From NCBI GenBank assembly GCA_965216755.1, contig CBDCGL010000011.1:352001-416000 (forward strand): 64,000 bases of DNA. The letters are read 5' to 3'. The position numbers were made by a program, and so were the translations under genes. Positions 20,841-30,498 of this stretch are shown one piece after another; position 1 is the stretch's first letter; the number at the start of each line of letters is the position of its first letter. A model generated the notes under the pieces. It was not told where the DNA came from, did not search any database, and worked only from the letters and a program-made list of their open reading frames with translations. The DNA is from Alphaproteobacteria bacterium. GTDB lineage: Bacteria; Pseudomonadota; Alphaproteobacteria; UBA7887.

Positions 20841-21953
20841 ATGATGCGCATGGACGCCGGTGGGGGCACGGCATCCGAACGCAAGAACAAACGGCGTTTG
20901 GCAACGCTGCTATTGGCTGTTGTCGCCTATAGCCACGCTGCATGTTATCGCGCGCCGCCGCGGGCGTTGCAGCCGCCGGCGATCCAGGTGCCCGACGTCA
21001 TCGTTGTCGCCAGCACGGCGTCTGACTCTGAAGCCGAAGATACGGTGGTTGTCGCGCCGAAGGATACGCTCTACGCGCTTTCCAAAAAACATCGCGTGGC
21101 CATACGAAGTCTCATTGATGCCAATGGGTTGAAGCCGCCCTACACCTTGCGCGTTGGCCAGCGCCTTCGTTTGCCGTCATATCCCGAATATGTGGTTCAG
21201 CCCGGCGATACGGCCTATCGCATATCCCGCTGCCAAGGCGTCGATTTGGCGATCATGGCGCGATTGAATGGGTTCAAACCGCCTTACACGATCTCGGTTG
21301 GCCAGCGTCTGCGAATACCGGCGCGCACGCAAGAGCCGTCGTGTCCGCGGTCCGCCGCCACGGTATCCCAGCCGGAGGCCGATGGCGCGATCCCGGCGAT
21401 CCAGGCTTCGAACTCGCGCACCGCCGTTGCCGGACGGGTGTCGGCTACAGCGCCGGTCGCGCGTCCGCCGCGCAAGCCGGGTTCGACCGTGTTGGCGGAT
21501 ATCGTGCGACCGCTTTCGAAACCAAATCGTTTGTCATCGGCCATGCATTTGGCCAAGCCACCGGCCCGGGCGTCGCAGCATTTCTTGTGGCCCGTCGATG
21601 GCGAACTCGTGTCTCGTTATGGAGTTCAGCCGGGCAATCGCCACAATGACGGCATCAACATCGCCGCCCCAAGAGGCACGGTTGTTCGAGCGGCTGAAAA
21701 TGGCGTTGTCGTCTATGCTGGCAACCAGCTTCGTGGTTATGGCAATCTGGTTCTGATCCGCCACGCCGACGGATGGACGACCGCGTACGCCCACAACGAA
21801 AAAGTGCTGGTCGGGCGCGGCGATACAGTGCGGCGCGGGCAAGAGATCGCGCATGTGGGCGCTACCGGCAATGTCCAATCGCCACAGATGCATTTTGAAT
21901 TGCGCCGGCGCGCGCAAGCGGTTGACCCTGAGGTCTTTCTGGCCGCGAACTAG
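20841..21953 (+). CDS. nlpD: LysM / M23 peptidase-domain lipoprotein (NlpD-like)
   Basis: Two LysM repeats, FLWPVDG, NDGINIAAP, TAYAHN, HFELR; surE-pcm-nlpD synteny; start uncertain. Confidence 0.85.
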   Translation: MMRMDAGGGTASERKNKRRLATLLLAVVAYSHAACYRAPPRALQPPAIQVPDVIVVASTASDSEAEDTVVVAPKDTLYALSKKHRVAIRSLIDANGLKPPYTLRVGQRLRLPSYPEYVVQPGDTAYRISRCQGVDLAIMARLNGFKPPYTISVGQRLRIPARTQEPSCPRSAATVSQPEADGAIPAIQASNSRTAVAGRVSATAPVARPPRKPGSTVLADIVRPLSKPNRLSSAMHLAKPPARASQHFLWPVDGELVSRYGVQPGNRHNDGINIAAPRGTVVRAAENGVVVYAGNQLRGYGNLVLIRHADGWTTAYAHNEKVLVGRGDTVRRGQEIAHVGATGNVQSPQMHFELRRRAQAVDPEVFLAAN

Positions 21954-21956
21954 GCC

Positions 21957-21968
21957 GGGGGGGGGGGG
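21957..21968 (+). repeat. poly-G homopolymer (12 G)
   Basis: Seen directly, between the nlpD stop and the methyltransferase start. Confidence 0.9.
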
Positions 21969-22007
21969 CGACGCACCGTGTCCGGCTAGTCGGAGGTCAA
22001 GGCAGAA

Positions 22008-23060
22008 ATGAGCGGCGAACCACAGCGACGTACGGCGGCGGAGCATTTGGTTGATATCTACACTGGCAGCATGCTGACCAACATGTTGGATATCGGGTAT
22101 CAATCCGGTTTATTGAGGGCAGTAGCGAACGGGCCGGGGACCAGTGAGGAAATCAGTGCTCGGGCGAATCTCAACGAACGCTATGTGCGCGAATGGTTGG
22201 GCGCGATGGCGACGGGCGGGTTGTTTTCGTACGATCCGGTTAGCCGCCAATATACGCTGCCCGATGATTATGCAGCTATCCTTTCGGGTGGCAGTGCCCG
22301 CAATGTGGCGCCGATGAGCCGCATCCTTAATCATTTCGTTAAGCACATCCCCAAATTGGTGACCGCGTTCAAAGAGGGCGGCGGGGTTCCATATGAAGAC
22401 TATTGGCCGGAATTCACCTGTTGCGCGTCTGACGTTTGGCGCCGCATTTACGATGAGCATTTGATTGACGGATTTCTGGGTGTGGTCCCGGGCCTGAAAC
22501 AACGTTTGGCGGATGGAATCCGCGTTGTCGACCTAGGCTGTGGCGATGGCCACGCCATCAACGTCATGGCACGGACGTATCCGGGATCTGATTTCTGGGG
22601 CTACGACATCAGCGCGGCCGCGATCGAAAGTGCCCGACGCGAGGCCGTGTCGTGGGAGTTGGTGAACGCGCATTTTGACATTGTCGACGTGACGACACTA
22701 CCCGAAGAACCCAAGTTCGACATGATTGCCGCTTTCGACTCTATTCACGACCAAGTGGTGCCTGACGTCGTTCTCCGAAACATCCGGCAGGCCCTGGCGC
22801 CCGGCGGTGTTTTTGTCATGATCGACTTCAAATTCGCCAGCGACCTGGCGGACAATATGGGCAATCGATTGGCGCCGCTCCATTATGGTATCAGCGTCAT
22901 GCACTGCATGACCGTTTCGCTGGCGGCGGGTGGCGCCGGGCTGGGCACGGTTTGGGGCATTGAAACCGCCACGCGTATGCTGCGCGAGGCCGGATTTCCA
23001 TCTGTCGAGGTCTACGACTCACCCCGCCCGCAAAACTGCATCTATGTCTGTCAGTCGTGA
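22008..23060 (+). CDS. class I SAM-dependent methyltransferase with N-terminal winged helix (Rv2258c-like)
   Basis: LNERYVREWL, VVDLGCGDG, AFDSIHD, HCMTVSLA.GGAGLGT.WG. Confidence 0.88.
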   Translation: MSGEPQRRTAAEHLVDIYTGSMLTNMLDIGYQSGLLRAVANGPGTSEEISARANLNERYVREWLGAMATGGLFSYDPVSRQYTLPDDYAAILSGGSARNVAPMSRILNHFVKHIPKLVTAFKEGGGVPYEDYWPEFTCCASDVWRRIYDEHLIDGFLGVVPGLKQRLADGIRVVDLGCGDGHAINVMARTYPGSDFWGYDISAAAIESARREAVSWELVNAHFDIVDVTTLPEEPKFDMIAAFDSIHDQVVPDVVLRNIRQALAPGGVFVMIDFKFASDLADNMGNRLAPLHYGISVMHCMTVSLAAGGAGLGTVWGIETATRMLREAGFPSVEVYDSPRPQNCIYVCQS

Positions 23061-23191
23061 GCCGCACCCATCCGGGACTTCCATACCGTTCTGTCCGACG
23101 TTGATATTGGCAAACCATTGGCGACCACACTCAAGGATCAAGCCGTTTAAGAACAGTGAGCCTGACCGCTCCAAGTGGTGTGTTCGTGCGC

Positions 23192-23220
23192 AAAAAAAAG
23201 AGGCCGTGCGGGACGGCCTT
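23192..23220 (-). terminator. intrinsic terminator
   Basis: On the minus strand: AGGCCGT-cccgc-ACGGCCT, then C and T8. Confidence 0.75.
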
Positions 23221-23503
23221 GCCACAGGTATATGCGAGCTTTCTGTCGTTGCGCCCCTTTGTTGTTGGTAGCGCCATACGTATGCACCGATGTTCCGCTT
23301 GCTTGCCGTGATGGCAAGACAAACGGTCATACCCTGGCAATATCAATTTGCGCCATGCCAGGTGCGTCACGTGAGGTTGCCAAATCACCGACGCCGGTAT
23401 CTACCGCCAAAGGGCGAATGAAGTGGCGAAATTCGCAAGTTCTTTGCATAGCGAACAAAGAGCGTGCGATACTCGTGACCATAGCAGCGAATTCTGTCGT
23501 CGG

Positions 23504-23523
23504 CGTCGCCCGTCCGGGCGACG
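23504..23523. promoter_or_regulatory. palindrome TCGCCCG-NN-CGGGCGA, copy 1 (candidate operator)
   Basis: CGTCGCCCG-TC-CGGGCGACG just past the stop of the LuxR-type gene; same core as the copy at 24524. Confidence 0.55.
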
Positions 23524-23537
23524 GAACTTAGCGCATT

Positions 23538-24233
23538 CTATTTCGCCACTAGGGCCCGCGAGTCAAAGTTATGGCGCGTTACGATGTCGCCATGGCCATC
23601 GGCGAGTTCGGCGGCGGGGCTGAGCAAGACAACCCGAACAAGCTGAGATTGGCGCGCGACATTGAGTTTCGCGAAAATGCGTCGCTGATGTGTCTTCGCG
23701 GTATTGAGACTGATCGAAAGCTTTTCGGCAGATTGCGTGAGCCCATGTCCCTGCGCCAAGAAGGCGGTGAGGTTTGCCTCGGCATGGGTGAGGTCGAACA
23801 AAGAACAGAGCGCGGTGCGCGAGATCACCGGATCGCGTTCGGGGTCACTGACAAAGACGATGGCGTCAACAGCCACACCATCTTCATTGATCCACGGTTG
23901 CGGAAGCTGGCAGACCATGAGGCACAGTGGTTGCTTGCCCGATGGCCGGCGTAAGGCAATGAGGCAACAGCTGTCGGACTCTTGTTGGACACGGTCATTC
24001 GTGATGGCTTGCCGAAGGTCGCGCGATTGACGCGGATGCGCAGCAGCGATTTTCCCATGGTTGATTGCCAGACCGTCGGCACACTCGACAACCTGTCGTG
24101 CCGCACGATTGACGTAGTGGACTGTGCTCGTCGCATCGACCAACACGATCCCAATCGGTACGTGATCCAAAAGGAACTTTGCGGCGACCGGCCACCCGTC
24201 GCAAGTTGAAGCGGCGGCGGGCAAGGGCGTCAT
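23538..24233 (-). CDS. PAS-fold plus LuxR-type HTH transcriptional regulator
   Basis: LDHVPIGIVLVD..VHYVNRAA PAS-like segment; FDLTHAEA...SLNTAKTHQRRIFAKL..RQSQLV HTH; start uncertain. Confidence 0.85.
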   Translation of the reverse strand: MTPLPAAASTCDGWPVAAKFLLDHVPIGIVLVDATSTVHYVNRAARQVVECADGLAINHGKIAAAHPRQSRDLRQAITNDRVQQESDSCCLIALRRPSGKQPLCLMVCQLPQPWINEDGVAVDAIVFVSDPERDPVISRTALCSLFDLTHAEANLTAFLAQGHGLTQSAEKLSISLNTAKTHQRRIFAKLNVARQSQLVRVVLLSPAAELADGHGDIVTRHNFDSRALVAK

Positions 24234-24523
24234 TTTGCGGCGGCAATTGCGAAGGCGTCTATCGGACCGCGCGGGCCCGGACCGCCGTCGGCTCGAGAAG
24301 ACCACGAGATGCGCTCGATATACGGTGGAATTTGATGGCGTCAGGTAAAACGGAAATAGTCCTTATGTAACTCCATGTATTCCGAAGTACGTTTTTCATA
24401 ATTATTTTCAAATTCGAAAAAAAATCAGACTGAGCCAAAGTAGCTGGCCCTCCTGCGGTTTGCTTTGGTGGGTCTGAGGTCCAATTCAATTGATAGACGG
24501 TATCGATAGTTACCGCCGTTTGC

Positions 24524-24541
24524 ATCGCCCGAACGGGCGAT
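24524..24541. promoter_or_regulatory. palindrome TCGCCCG-NN-CGGGCGA, copy 2 (candidate operator)
   Basis: ATCGCCCG-AA-CGGGCGAT upstream of the LuxR-type gene. Confidence 0.55.
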
Positions 24542-24585
24542 TCATGCCATTATGCAAATATGATCTAGAGACCTTGCAAGAGAAC

Positions 24586-24693
24586 GTGCCCGGAAAGAGG
24601 GTGAGTCGCCTATGCCAATCGCGTTATTGGCGGCGCGAAAGCCTGCGGATCCCGGCTTAGAATAGAGCCGAGGTGTGCAATCGGACCGGGCAC
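24586..24693 (+). ncRNA. candidate structured RNA (closing stem plus two internal hairpins; loosely c-di-GMP-I riboswitch-like)
   Basis: GTGCCCGG/CCGGGCAC closing stem, GCCAAT/ATTGGC and CGGCT/AGCCG hairpins, central GCGAAAGCC; strand uncertain. Confidence 0.35.
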
Positions 24694-24790
24694 AATAAGA
24701 AATTATTCTGCAATTTCAGCGCTTTTTCAATTGGACTCGTCTCGAGGCCGATCAATCTGTTTTAACAATGCATAATGTAGATCAAAAACG

Positions 24791-25693
24791 TTAAATGATA
24801 GCCTGCCCTTGGCGTCCGGCCAGGTCGAGTATGAACTGCCAGGCCACGCGGCCTGATCGGCTGCCCCGCGTGACCGCCCATTCGATTGCCTCCGCACGCA
24901 GTTCTTGCGCGTCCACGACAAGTCCAAAGGCATCCGCGTAGCCCGAAACGATGTCCAGATAGACGTCTTGGCCGCAGGCGTGAAAACCGAGCCAGAGACC
25001 AAATCTGTCCGAAAGCGACACTTTCTCTTCGACCGCTTCGGAGGGGGTGATGGCGGTCGAGCGCTCATTTTCGATCATGTCTCGGGGCATCAAATGGCGG
25101 CGGTTCGAGGTTGCATAGAAGACAACATTCTCCGGCCGGCCCTCAATGCCGCCGTCAAGGACGGCCTTCAACGACTTGTAGGACGTATCGTCGTGATCGA
25201 ATGACAAGTCATCGCAAAAGAGCAGCACGCGGCGATCGCTGGCGCGGATGCCATCAAGCAGACGCGGGAGGCTGTCAATGTCCTCCCGATGGATTTCAAT
25301 CAGTGCTAACGGCTTAAGATCCGGCGTAGGTTTTGCGGATTCCCGCGCCTCATTGTTGATGGCCGCATGGACCGCTTTGATCAGCGAGCTCTTGCCCATG
25401 CCGCGAGCCCCCCACAGCAAGGCGTTGTTGGCCGCATGGCCGGCCGCGAAGCGCCGCGTGTTGGCATGTAGGATTTCGCGCACGCGGTCGATGCCCTTGA
25501 GCAACGACAGGTCAACCCGACTGACCCTAGTGACCGCCGCCAACTGCCCAACTTCGGACTGCCAGACAAACGCGTCCGCATCGTCAAGCGACGGGGCCGG
25601 TGGCGTTAACGGCGCCAAACGTTCCAAACTTGCGGCTATCCGCTGCAACGCGTCCGGAATGCGTTCGTCTTTTGCGCTGGGGCCGTCACTCAT
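24791..25693 (-). CDS. DUF815-family AAA+ ATP-binding protein
   Basis: NNALLWGARGMGKSSL, LFCDDLSF, YATSNRRHLMP, EEKVSLSDRFG; divergent from yajC. Confidence 0.9.
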   Translation of the reverse strand: MSDGPSAKDERIPDALQRIAASLERLAPLTPPAPSLDDADAFVWQSEVGQLAAVTRVSRVDLSLLKGIDRVREILHANTRRFAAGHAANNALLWGARGMGKSSLIKAVHAAINNEARESAKPTPDLKPLALIEIHREDIDSLPRLLDGIRASDRRVLLFCDDLSFDHDDTSYKSLKAVLDGGIEGRPENVVFYATSNRRHLMPRDMIENERSTAITPSEAVEEKVSLSDRFGLWLGFHACGQDVYLDIVSGYADAFGLVVDAQELRAEAIEWAVTRGSRSGRVAWQFILDLAGRQGQAII

Positions 25694-25799
25694 TCAGCTT
25701 ATCTTTCAGCATGTTGTCGTGTACATGTCGGGTTGGCCACGGACCGTAGCATAGGCCGGACAGTGACGAAACCGCGACCGAGACCACCGTGGCCTTTGG

Positions 25800-25827
25800 T
25801 TGCAATGCCACCGGGTATGGGTATAGT
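25800..25827 (+). promoter_or_regulatory. putative sigma70 promoter of yajC-secDF
   Basis: TTGCAA-N16-TATAGT. Confidence 0.45.
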
Positions 25828-25869
25828 CCGGCTTTCCTTTGATGGCGCTTTTCGGGGATTGAGACTCAC

Positions 25870-26226
25870 ATGTGGATCACACCGGCCTTCGCGCAAGACG
25901 GTGGCGGCGGCGGCGCGATCGTCCAGCTGCTGCCCCTGATCCTGATTTTTGTTGTGTTCTATTTTCTGCTGATTAGACCACAACAGAAAAAGTTGAAGAC
26001 CCACCGCGATATGGTCGCCAACTTGAAACGCGGTGACCGGGTTATCACCGGGGGTGGGTTGCACGCCACGGTCGCGAAAGTCGAAGACGAGCAGACCCTG
26101 GTGCTTGAAATCGCGCAGGGCGTGCGTGTCAAGGCTGCACGCCATACGATATCGGAGCTGGCCGCCAAACCCGAGCCGCGCCGCGCCGATGACAATGAGA
26201 GCGACAAGGCTATAAAGAGCGGATAG
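25870..26226 (+). CDS. yajC: preprotein translocase subunit YajC
   Basis: VFYFLLIRPQQKK, LKRGDRVITGGGL. Confidence 0.96.
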   Translation: MWITPAFAQDGGGGGAIVQLLPLILIFVVFYFLLIRPQQKKLKTHRDMVANLKRGDRVITGGGLHATVAKVEDEQTLVLEIAQGVRVKAARHTISELAAKPEPRRADDNESDKAIKSG

Positions 26227-26291
26227 ATAGGGCCCGTTGGGCGCAGCCTTGGCCCGCACGCTGATGAATACGCTGGGACCAATGCACGATC

Positions 26292-27878
26292 ATGCTTCGA
26301 TTTGAACCTTGGAAGATCGCGCTGGTCGCGATCGTGACCGTATTGGGCGTATTTTTCGCCTGGCCAAACTTGCTAGCGCGAGACACGGCAGAATCGCTGC
26401 CGAGTTGGCTTCCGAGCACGCAAATCAATCTTGGATTGGACTTGCAAGGTGGGTCGCACTTGCTGCTGCTGTGCGAGATCGATGCTGTGATAGACGAGCG
26501 GTTGGAGACCGTGGTCGACGAAATTCGGCTACGCCTGCGTGAAAGGCGGATCGGCTATACCGGATTGGGCGCGTCGGGTGGCCAGGTCAGTTTTCAACTG
26601 CGCGACACGGCTGACGAAGAGGATGCACGGGACGCGCTCAACGAGGTTGATGCCGGTACCGTCATAACGGTCGCGGATAGTGGCCAAGTCTCGGTCAGCT
26701 ACACAGACGAAGAGCTTGAGCGACGCAAGCGTGAACTTGTGGCGCAAACCATTGAAATTGTGCGTATTCGTCTCGACGAAACCGGTACGCGCGAACCCAC
26801 CATTCAACGTCAGGGTGACGACCGCATCCTTGTGCAGGTACCCGGCGTCGAAGATCCGGAGTACCTCAAGAGAATTCTTGGCGAGACGGCGAAAATGACG
26901 TTCCACTTGGTGGATGAAAATACGCCGGTCGAGGATGCGCTGTCGGGAAACATTCCGCCGGGGTCCATGCTGCTGTACGAAAAGGTTGAAGATCCCAATA
27001 CTGGCCAGGAATCCGAAGGCCTGCCGGTCTTAGTACGCAAGCGGGTTGGTGTCAGCGGCGAAAACCTGGTCGATGCGCAAGCGACATTTCAGGAAAATCA
27101 ACCTGTCGTGTCGATCCGTTTCGATTCCCAAGGCGCACGGAAGTTTGGCACTCTGACGGCTGAGAATGTCGGGCGTCGGTTTGCCATCGTCTTGGACGAC
27201 GAGGTGATCAGCGCGCCGGTCATTCGTGAGCCGATCCCCGGTGGCAACGGTATTATCTCTGGTCGCTTCACCGCGCAAACGGCTGGCGATCTGGCGTTGC
27301 TACTGCGGGCCGGCGCGTTGCCGGCGCCCTTGACGATTCTGGAAGAACGTACTGTCGGTCCAAGCCTCGGTGCCGACTCAATCGCGGCCGGTAAGATCGC
27401 GTCGGTGATCGGGCTGGTGTTGGTGATCGCCTACATGATTGTGTCTTACGGACTATTCGGGATCGCGGCGACGGTCGCGTTGGTTACCAACATGGCCTTG
27501 ATCGTGGCGTTGTTGTCGACCCTGCAGGCGACGTTGACCTTACCCGGCATCGCCGGAATCGTTCTGACAATCGGCATGGCGGTCGATGCCAATGTGTTGA
27601 TCTTTGAGCGCATTCGCGAGGAAGTCCTCAACGGTCGCTCGCCGTTCTCGGCTGTGGATATCGGATTTCAACAAGCCTTTCGGACGATCGTCGATGCCAA
27701 TGTCACAACATTGATCGCGGCGGTTTTGCTGTATCAATTCGGATCCGGTCCCGTGCGCGGGTTTGCTGTAACCCTGGCGATTGGGGTTCTCACGTCGATG
27801 TTCACTGCGATCATGGTGACACGATTGTTGATTGTCCTGTGGCTGCAACGCACCCGACCGAAGGCACTGCCGATATGA
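26292..27878 (+). CDS. secD: protein translocase subunit SecD
   Basis: LGLDLQGG, TVGPSLG, GMAVDANVLIFERIREE. Confidence 0.97.
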   Translation: MLRFEPWKIALVAIVTVLGVFFAWPNLLARDTAESLPSWLPSTQINLGLDLQGGSHLLLLCEIDAVIDERLETVVDEIRLRLRERRIGYTGLGASGGQVSFQLRDTADEEDARDALNEVDAGTVITVADSGQVSVSYTDEELERRKRELVAQTIEIVRIRLDETGTREPTIQRQGDDRILVQVPGVEDPEYLKRILGETAKMTFHLVDENTPVEDALSGNIPPGSMLLYEKVEDPNTGQESEGLPVLVRKRVGVSGENLVDAQATFQENQPVVSIRFDSQGARKFGTLTAENVGRRFAIVLDDEVISAPVIREPIPGGNGIISGRFTAQTAGDLALLLRAGALPAPLTILEERTVGPSLGADSIAAGKIASVIGLVLVIAYMIVSYGLFGIAATVALVTNMALIVALLSTLQATLTLPGIAGIVLTIGMAVDANVLIFERIREEVLNGRSPFSAVDIGFQQAFRTIVDANVTTLIAAVLLYQFGSGPVRGFAVTLAIGVLTSMFTAIMVTRLLIVLWLQRTRPKALPI

Positions 27879-27887
27879 GGAGCGGCC

Positions 27888-28841
27888 ATGTTTAGACTTC
27901 GGCTTGTCCGACAGCGGACGACGTTCCCTTTTATGAGTTGGCGCCGCGCCGCGTTCATCTTGTCGGCCGTTGCTATCGCGCTGTCGATCGGCTTGTTTGT
28001 GGTACGCGGATTGAATTATGGCATCGACTTCCGCGGCGGCATCTTGATGGAAGTGAAAACGCCGGATGCCGCGGATATCGCGGCGATGCGCGACAGCCTT
28101 GATCAGCTCAATTTGGGTGAAGTCGCTTTGCAGGAATTCGGCGCGCCCGACGATCTTCTCATACGCATCGAGCGACAGTCTGGCGCCGAGGCGGAACAGT
28201 TGGCCGCGATCAATGCCGTCAAGGCCCAGTTGGAAAGCGTCTATGGCGACGCAATCGACTATCGGCGGACCGAATTTGTGGGCCCGAAAGTTGGTGGCGA
28301 GCTCATTATCGCCGGGGTCAAGGCCGTGACTTTCGCGCTACTTGCGATGATGGTTTACATCTGGTTTCGCTTCGAATGGCAGTTCAGCATTGGGGCTGTG
28401 TTGGCGCTGCTCCATGACGTGGTCTTAACCATTGGGATGTTCGCGCTGACCGGCCTGGAGTTTAACTTAGCAACCGTGGCGGCAATCCTTCTTATCGTTG
28501 GTTATTCCATGAACGATACGGTCGTCGTTTATGACCGTATTCGCGAAAACCTGCGCAAATATAAAAAAATGGCTTTGGTGGAGCTGCTCGATCGCAGCAT
28601 CAACGACACGCTGTCACGTACCTTGATGACATCGATCACAACGCTGCTTGCATTGCTTTCTCTTTATTTTTTGGGCGGCGCGGTCATCGCCGACTTTAGT
28701 TTCGCCATGATTTGGGGCGTGCTGGTCGGCACATATTCGTCAATCTTTATCGCGGCGCCGGTGTTGATCTTTTTCAATGTGCGTCAAGTGAGCGGCAGCA
28801 TCGAAGAGCAGCCGGGCGAAGAAGCCGTGAAGTCGTCTTAG
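27888..28841 (+). CDS. secF: protein translocase subunit SecF
   Basis: YGIDFRGG, VGPKVG, GYSMNDTVVVYDRIREN, GTYSSIFIA. Confidence 0.97.
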   Translation: MFRLRLVRQRTTFPFMSWRRAAFILSAVAIALSIGLFVVRGLNYGIDFRGGILMEVKTPDAADIAAMRDSLDQLNLGEVALQEFGAPDDLLIRIERQSGAEAEQLAAINAVKAQLESVYGDAIDYRRTEFVGPKVGGELIIAGVKAVTFALLAMMVYIWFRFEWQFSIGAVLALLHDVVLTIGMFALTGLEFNLATVAAILLIVGYSMNDTVVVYDRIRENLRKYKKMALVELLDRSINDTLSRTLMTSITTLLALLSLYFLGGAVIADFSFAMIWGVLVGTYSSIFIAAPVLIFFNVRQVSGSIEEQPGEEAVKSS

Positions 28842-28867
28842 TTCGTAGCGGCCAGTGGCGCTTCATT

Positions 28868-30370
28868 CTATTGGTAGATGAGCGTGCCGTCCTCAAGGTC
28901 GGCGGCCGGGATCTGGTCTTTTTCCGAGTAATAGTCTTGACTGAAGATCCAGGGTTGGCGATCGCCCTGCTTTGGCAGAATGTGCATCTTGCGCTTCAAA
29001 TAGCCGGCATTGAAGTTCTCGTCTTCGATAAACGGGCGCACCGGCATATCTTTGTCTTCCGGGCGCAGTTGTGGAGTGACCATGTCCACACCTTTGTTTT
29101 TCATGTGGTTGAGAAGCCGGCAGACAAATTCCGACACCATGTCGGCGCGCATGGTCCAGCTGGTCCGCAAATAGCCGAAGACCCACGCCATATTGGGAAC
29201 GCCCGAAAACATGATGCCGCGGTGGGCCCAGCAGTCGGCGAAATTTAGGGGCCGGCCATTGATCGTGACCGCGATATCGCCCAAGACAGACATATTGAAG
29301 CCTGTCGCGGTGACGATGATATCCGCGCCAAGCTCGCGGCCGGATTTAAGCAGTATCCCGTTTTCGGTGAAAGTTTCGATGTGGTCTGTGACCACCGAAG
29401 CCTTACCGGACCGGATCCCTTTAAAAAGGTCCCCATCCGGCACGATCGCAAGTCGTTGGCGCCACGGCCGGTAGCTTGGGGTGAAATGAGTCGCGACGTC
29501 GAAATCCTCGCCTAGATACATGCGGACCCCGGCCAACAGTTCTTCTTTGAGTGACTCCGGCTCCTCGAAGGAGCGGCGTGTGATCGTTTGCTGATCCTGA
29601 AGGATTTTGCGGCGAACAATCTCGTGGGTCCATTCCTCGGGGACGTCCAATTCGCGCAACATATCCGCCACTTCGTTGCTGTTTGGTCGCGCATAAAAGA
29701 AGGTCGGCGAGCGTTGCAGCATGGTGACATGCGCGCAGTTTTCGGCCATGGCGGGGATCAGGGTCGCAGCCGTGGCGCCCGACCCGATGACCACAACGTT
29801 CTTGTCGGTGTAGTCCAAATCCTCGGGCCAGGTTTGCGGATGAACGATGGGCCCCTGAAACCGGTCCATGCCCGGAAATTCTGGCGTGTAACCTTCGGAA
29901 TGGCGGTAGTAACCTTGGCACATCCACAGGAAATTGCAGGTCATGCGCACGGATGCGCCAGTTTCCAGCTGCGCGACATCCAGCGTCCATTGCTTGTCAT
30001 CGTCTGACCACGCCGCCGCCGTCACCTGGTGGCGATAGCGAACGTGTTGGCGAATGCCTTGCTCGTCTAAGACCTCGTCGAGATATTTGAGAATTTCCGC
30101 CGCCGTGGCGATGGGTGGCCCCGACCACGGTTTCCATTTGTAGCCGAACGTATAGAGGTCGCTGTCGGAGCGAATACCGGGGAATTTGTGGGTCAACCAG
30201 GTACCGCCGAAGCTCTCCTGATTTTCCAACAGGACGAAGCTCTTGTCCGGACAGTGTTGCTGAAGGTGGTAGGCGGCGTCGATGCCCGAAATACCGGCAC
30301 CGACAATCAAAACATCGTATTCTTCGACTGTTTTGGTGAGATCTGAGTTGGTCGTGGTTGCAGTATTCAC
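28868..30370 (-). CDS. flavin-containing / Baeyer-Villiger monooxygenase (EthA-like)
   Basis: GAGISG, FPGIRSDSD, FQGPIVHPQTWP fingerprint, GSGATA, ATG. Confidence 0.92.
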   Translation of the reverse strand: MNTATTTNSDLTKTVEEYDVLIVGAGISGIDAAYHLQQHCPDKSFVLLENQESFGGTWLTHKFPGIRSDSDLYTFGYKWKPWSGPPIATAAEILKYLDEVLDEQGIRQHVRYRHQVTAAAWSDDDKQWTLDVAQLETGASVRMTCNFLWMCQGYYRHSEGYTPEFPGMDRFQGPIVHPQTWPEDLDYTDKNVVVIGSGATAATLIPAMAENCAHVTMLQRSPTFFYARPNSNEVADMLRELDVPEEWTHEIVRRKILQDQQTITRRSFEEPESLKEELLAGVRMYLGEDFDVATHFTPSYRPWRQRLAIVPDGDLFKGIRSGKASVVTDHIETFTENGILLKSGRELGADIIVTATGFNMSVLGDIAVTINGRPLNFADCWAHRGIMFSGVPNMAWVFGYLRTSWTMRADMVSEFVCRLLNHMKNKGVDMVTPQLRPEDKDMPVRPFIEDENFNAGYLKRKMHILPKQGDRQPWIFSQDYYSEKDQIPAADLEDGTLIYQ

Positions 30371-30498
30371 AAGGATTGCTCGTTCAATTTGTCATGTACC
30401 GAATTCGAATCGCATTTTGAGGCAATTGCCCGACTCACTACAATAGACGCGTTTGTTGCCCCTTTGGCTTTGTAATCGTCGCCACGTTTTTTGATTCG

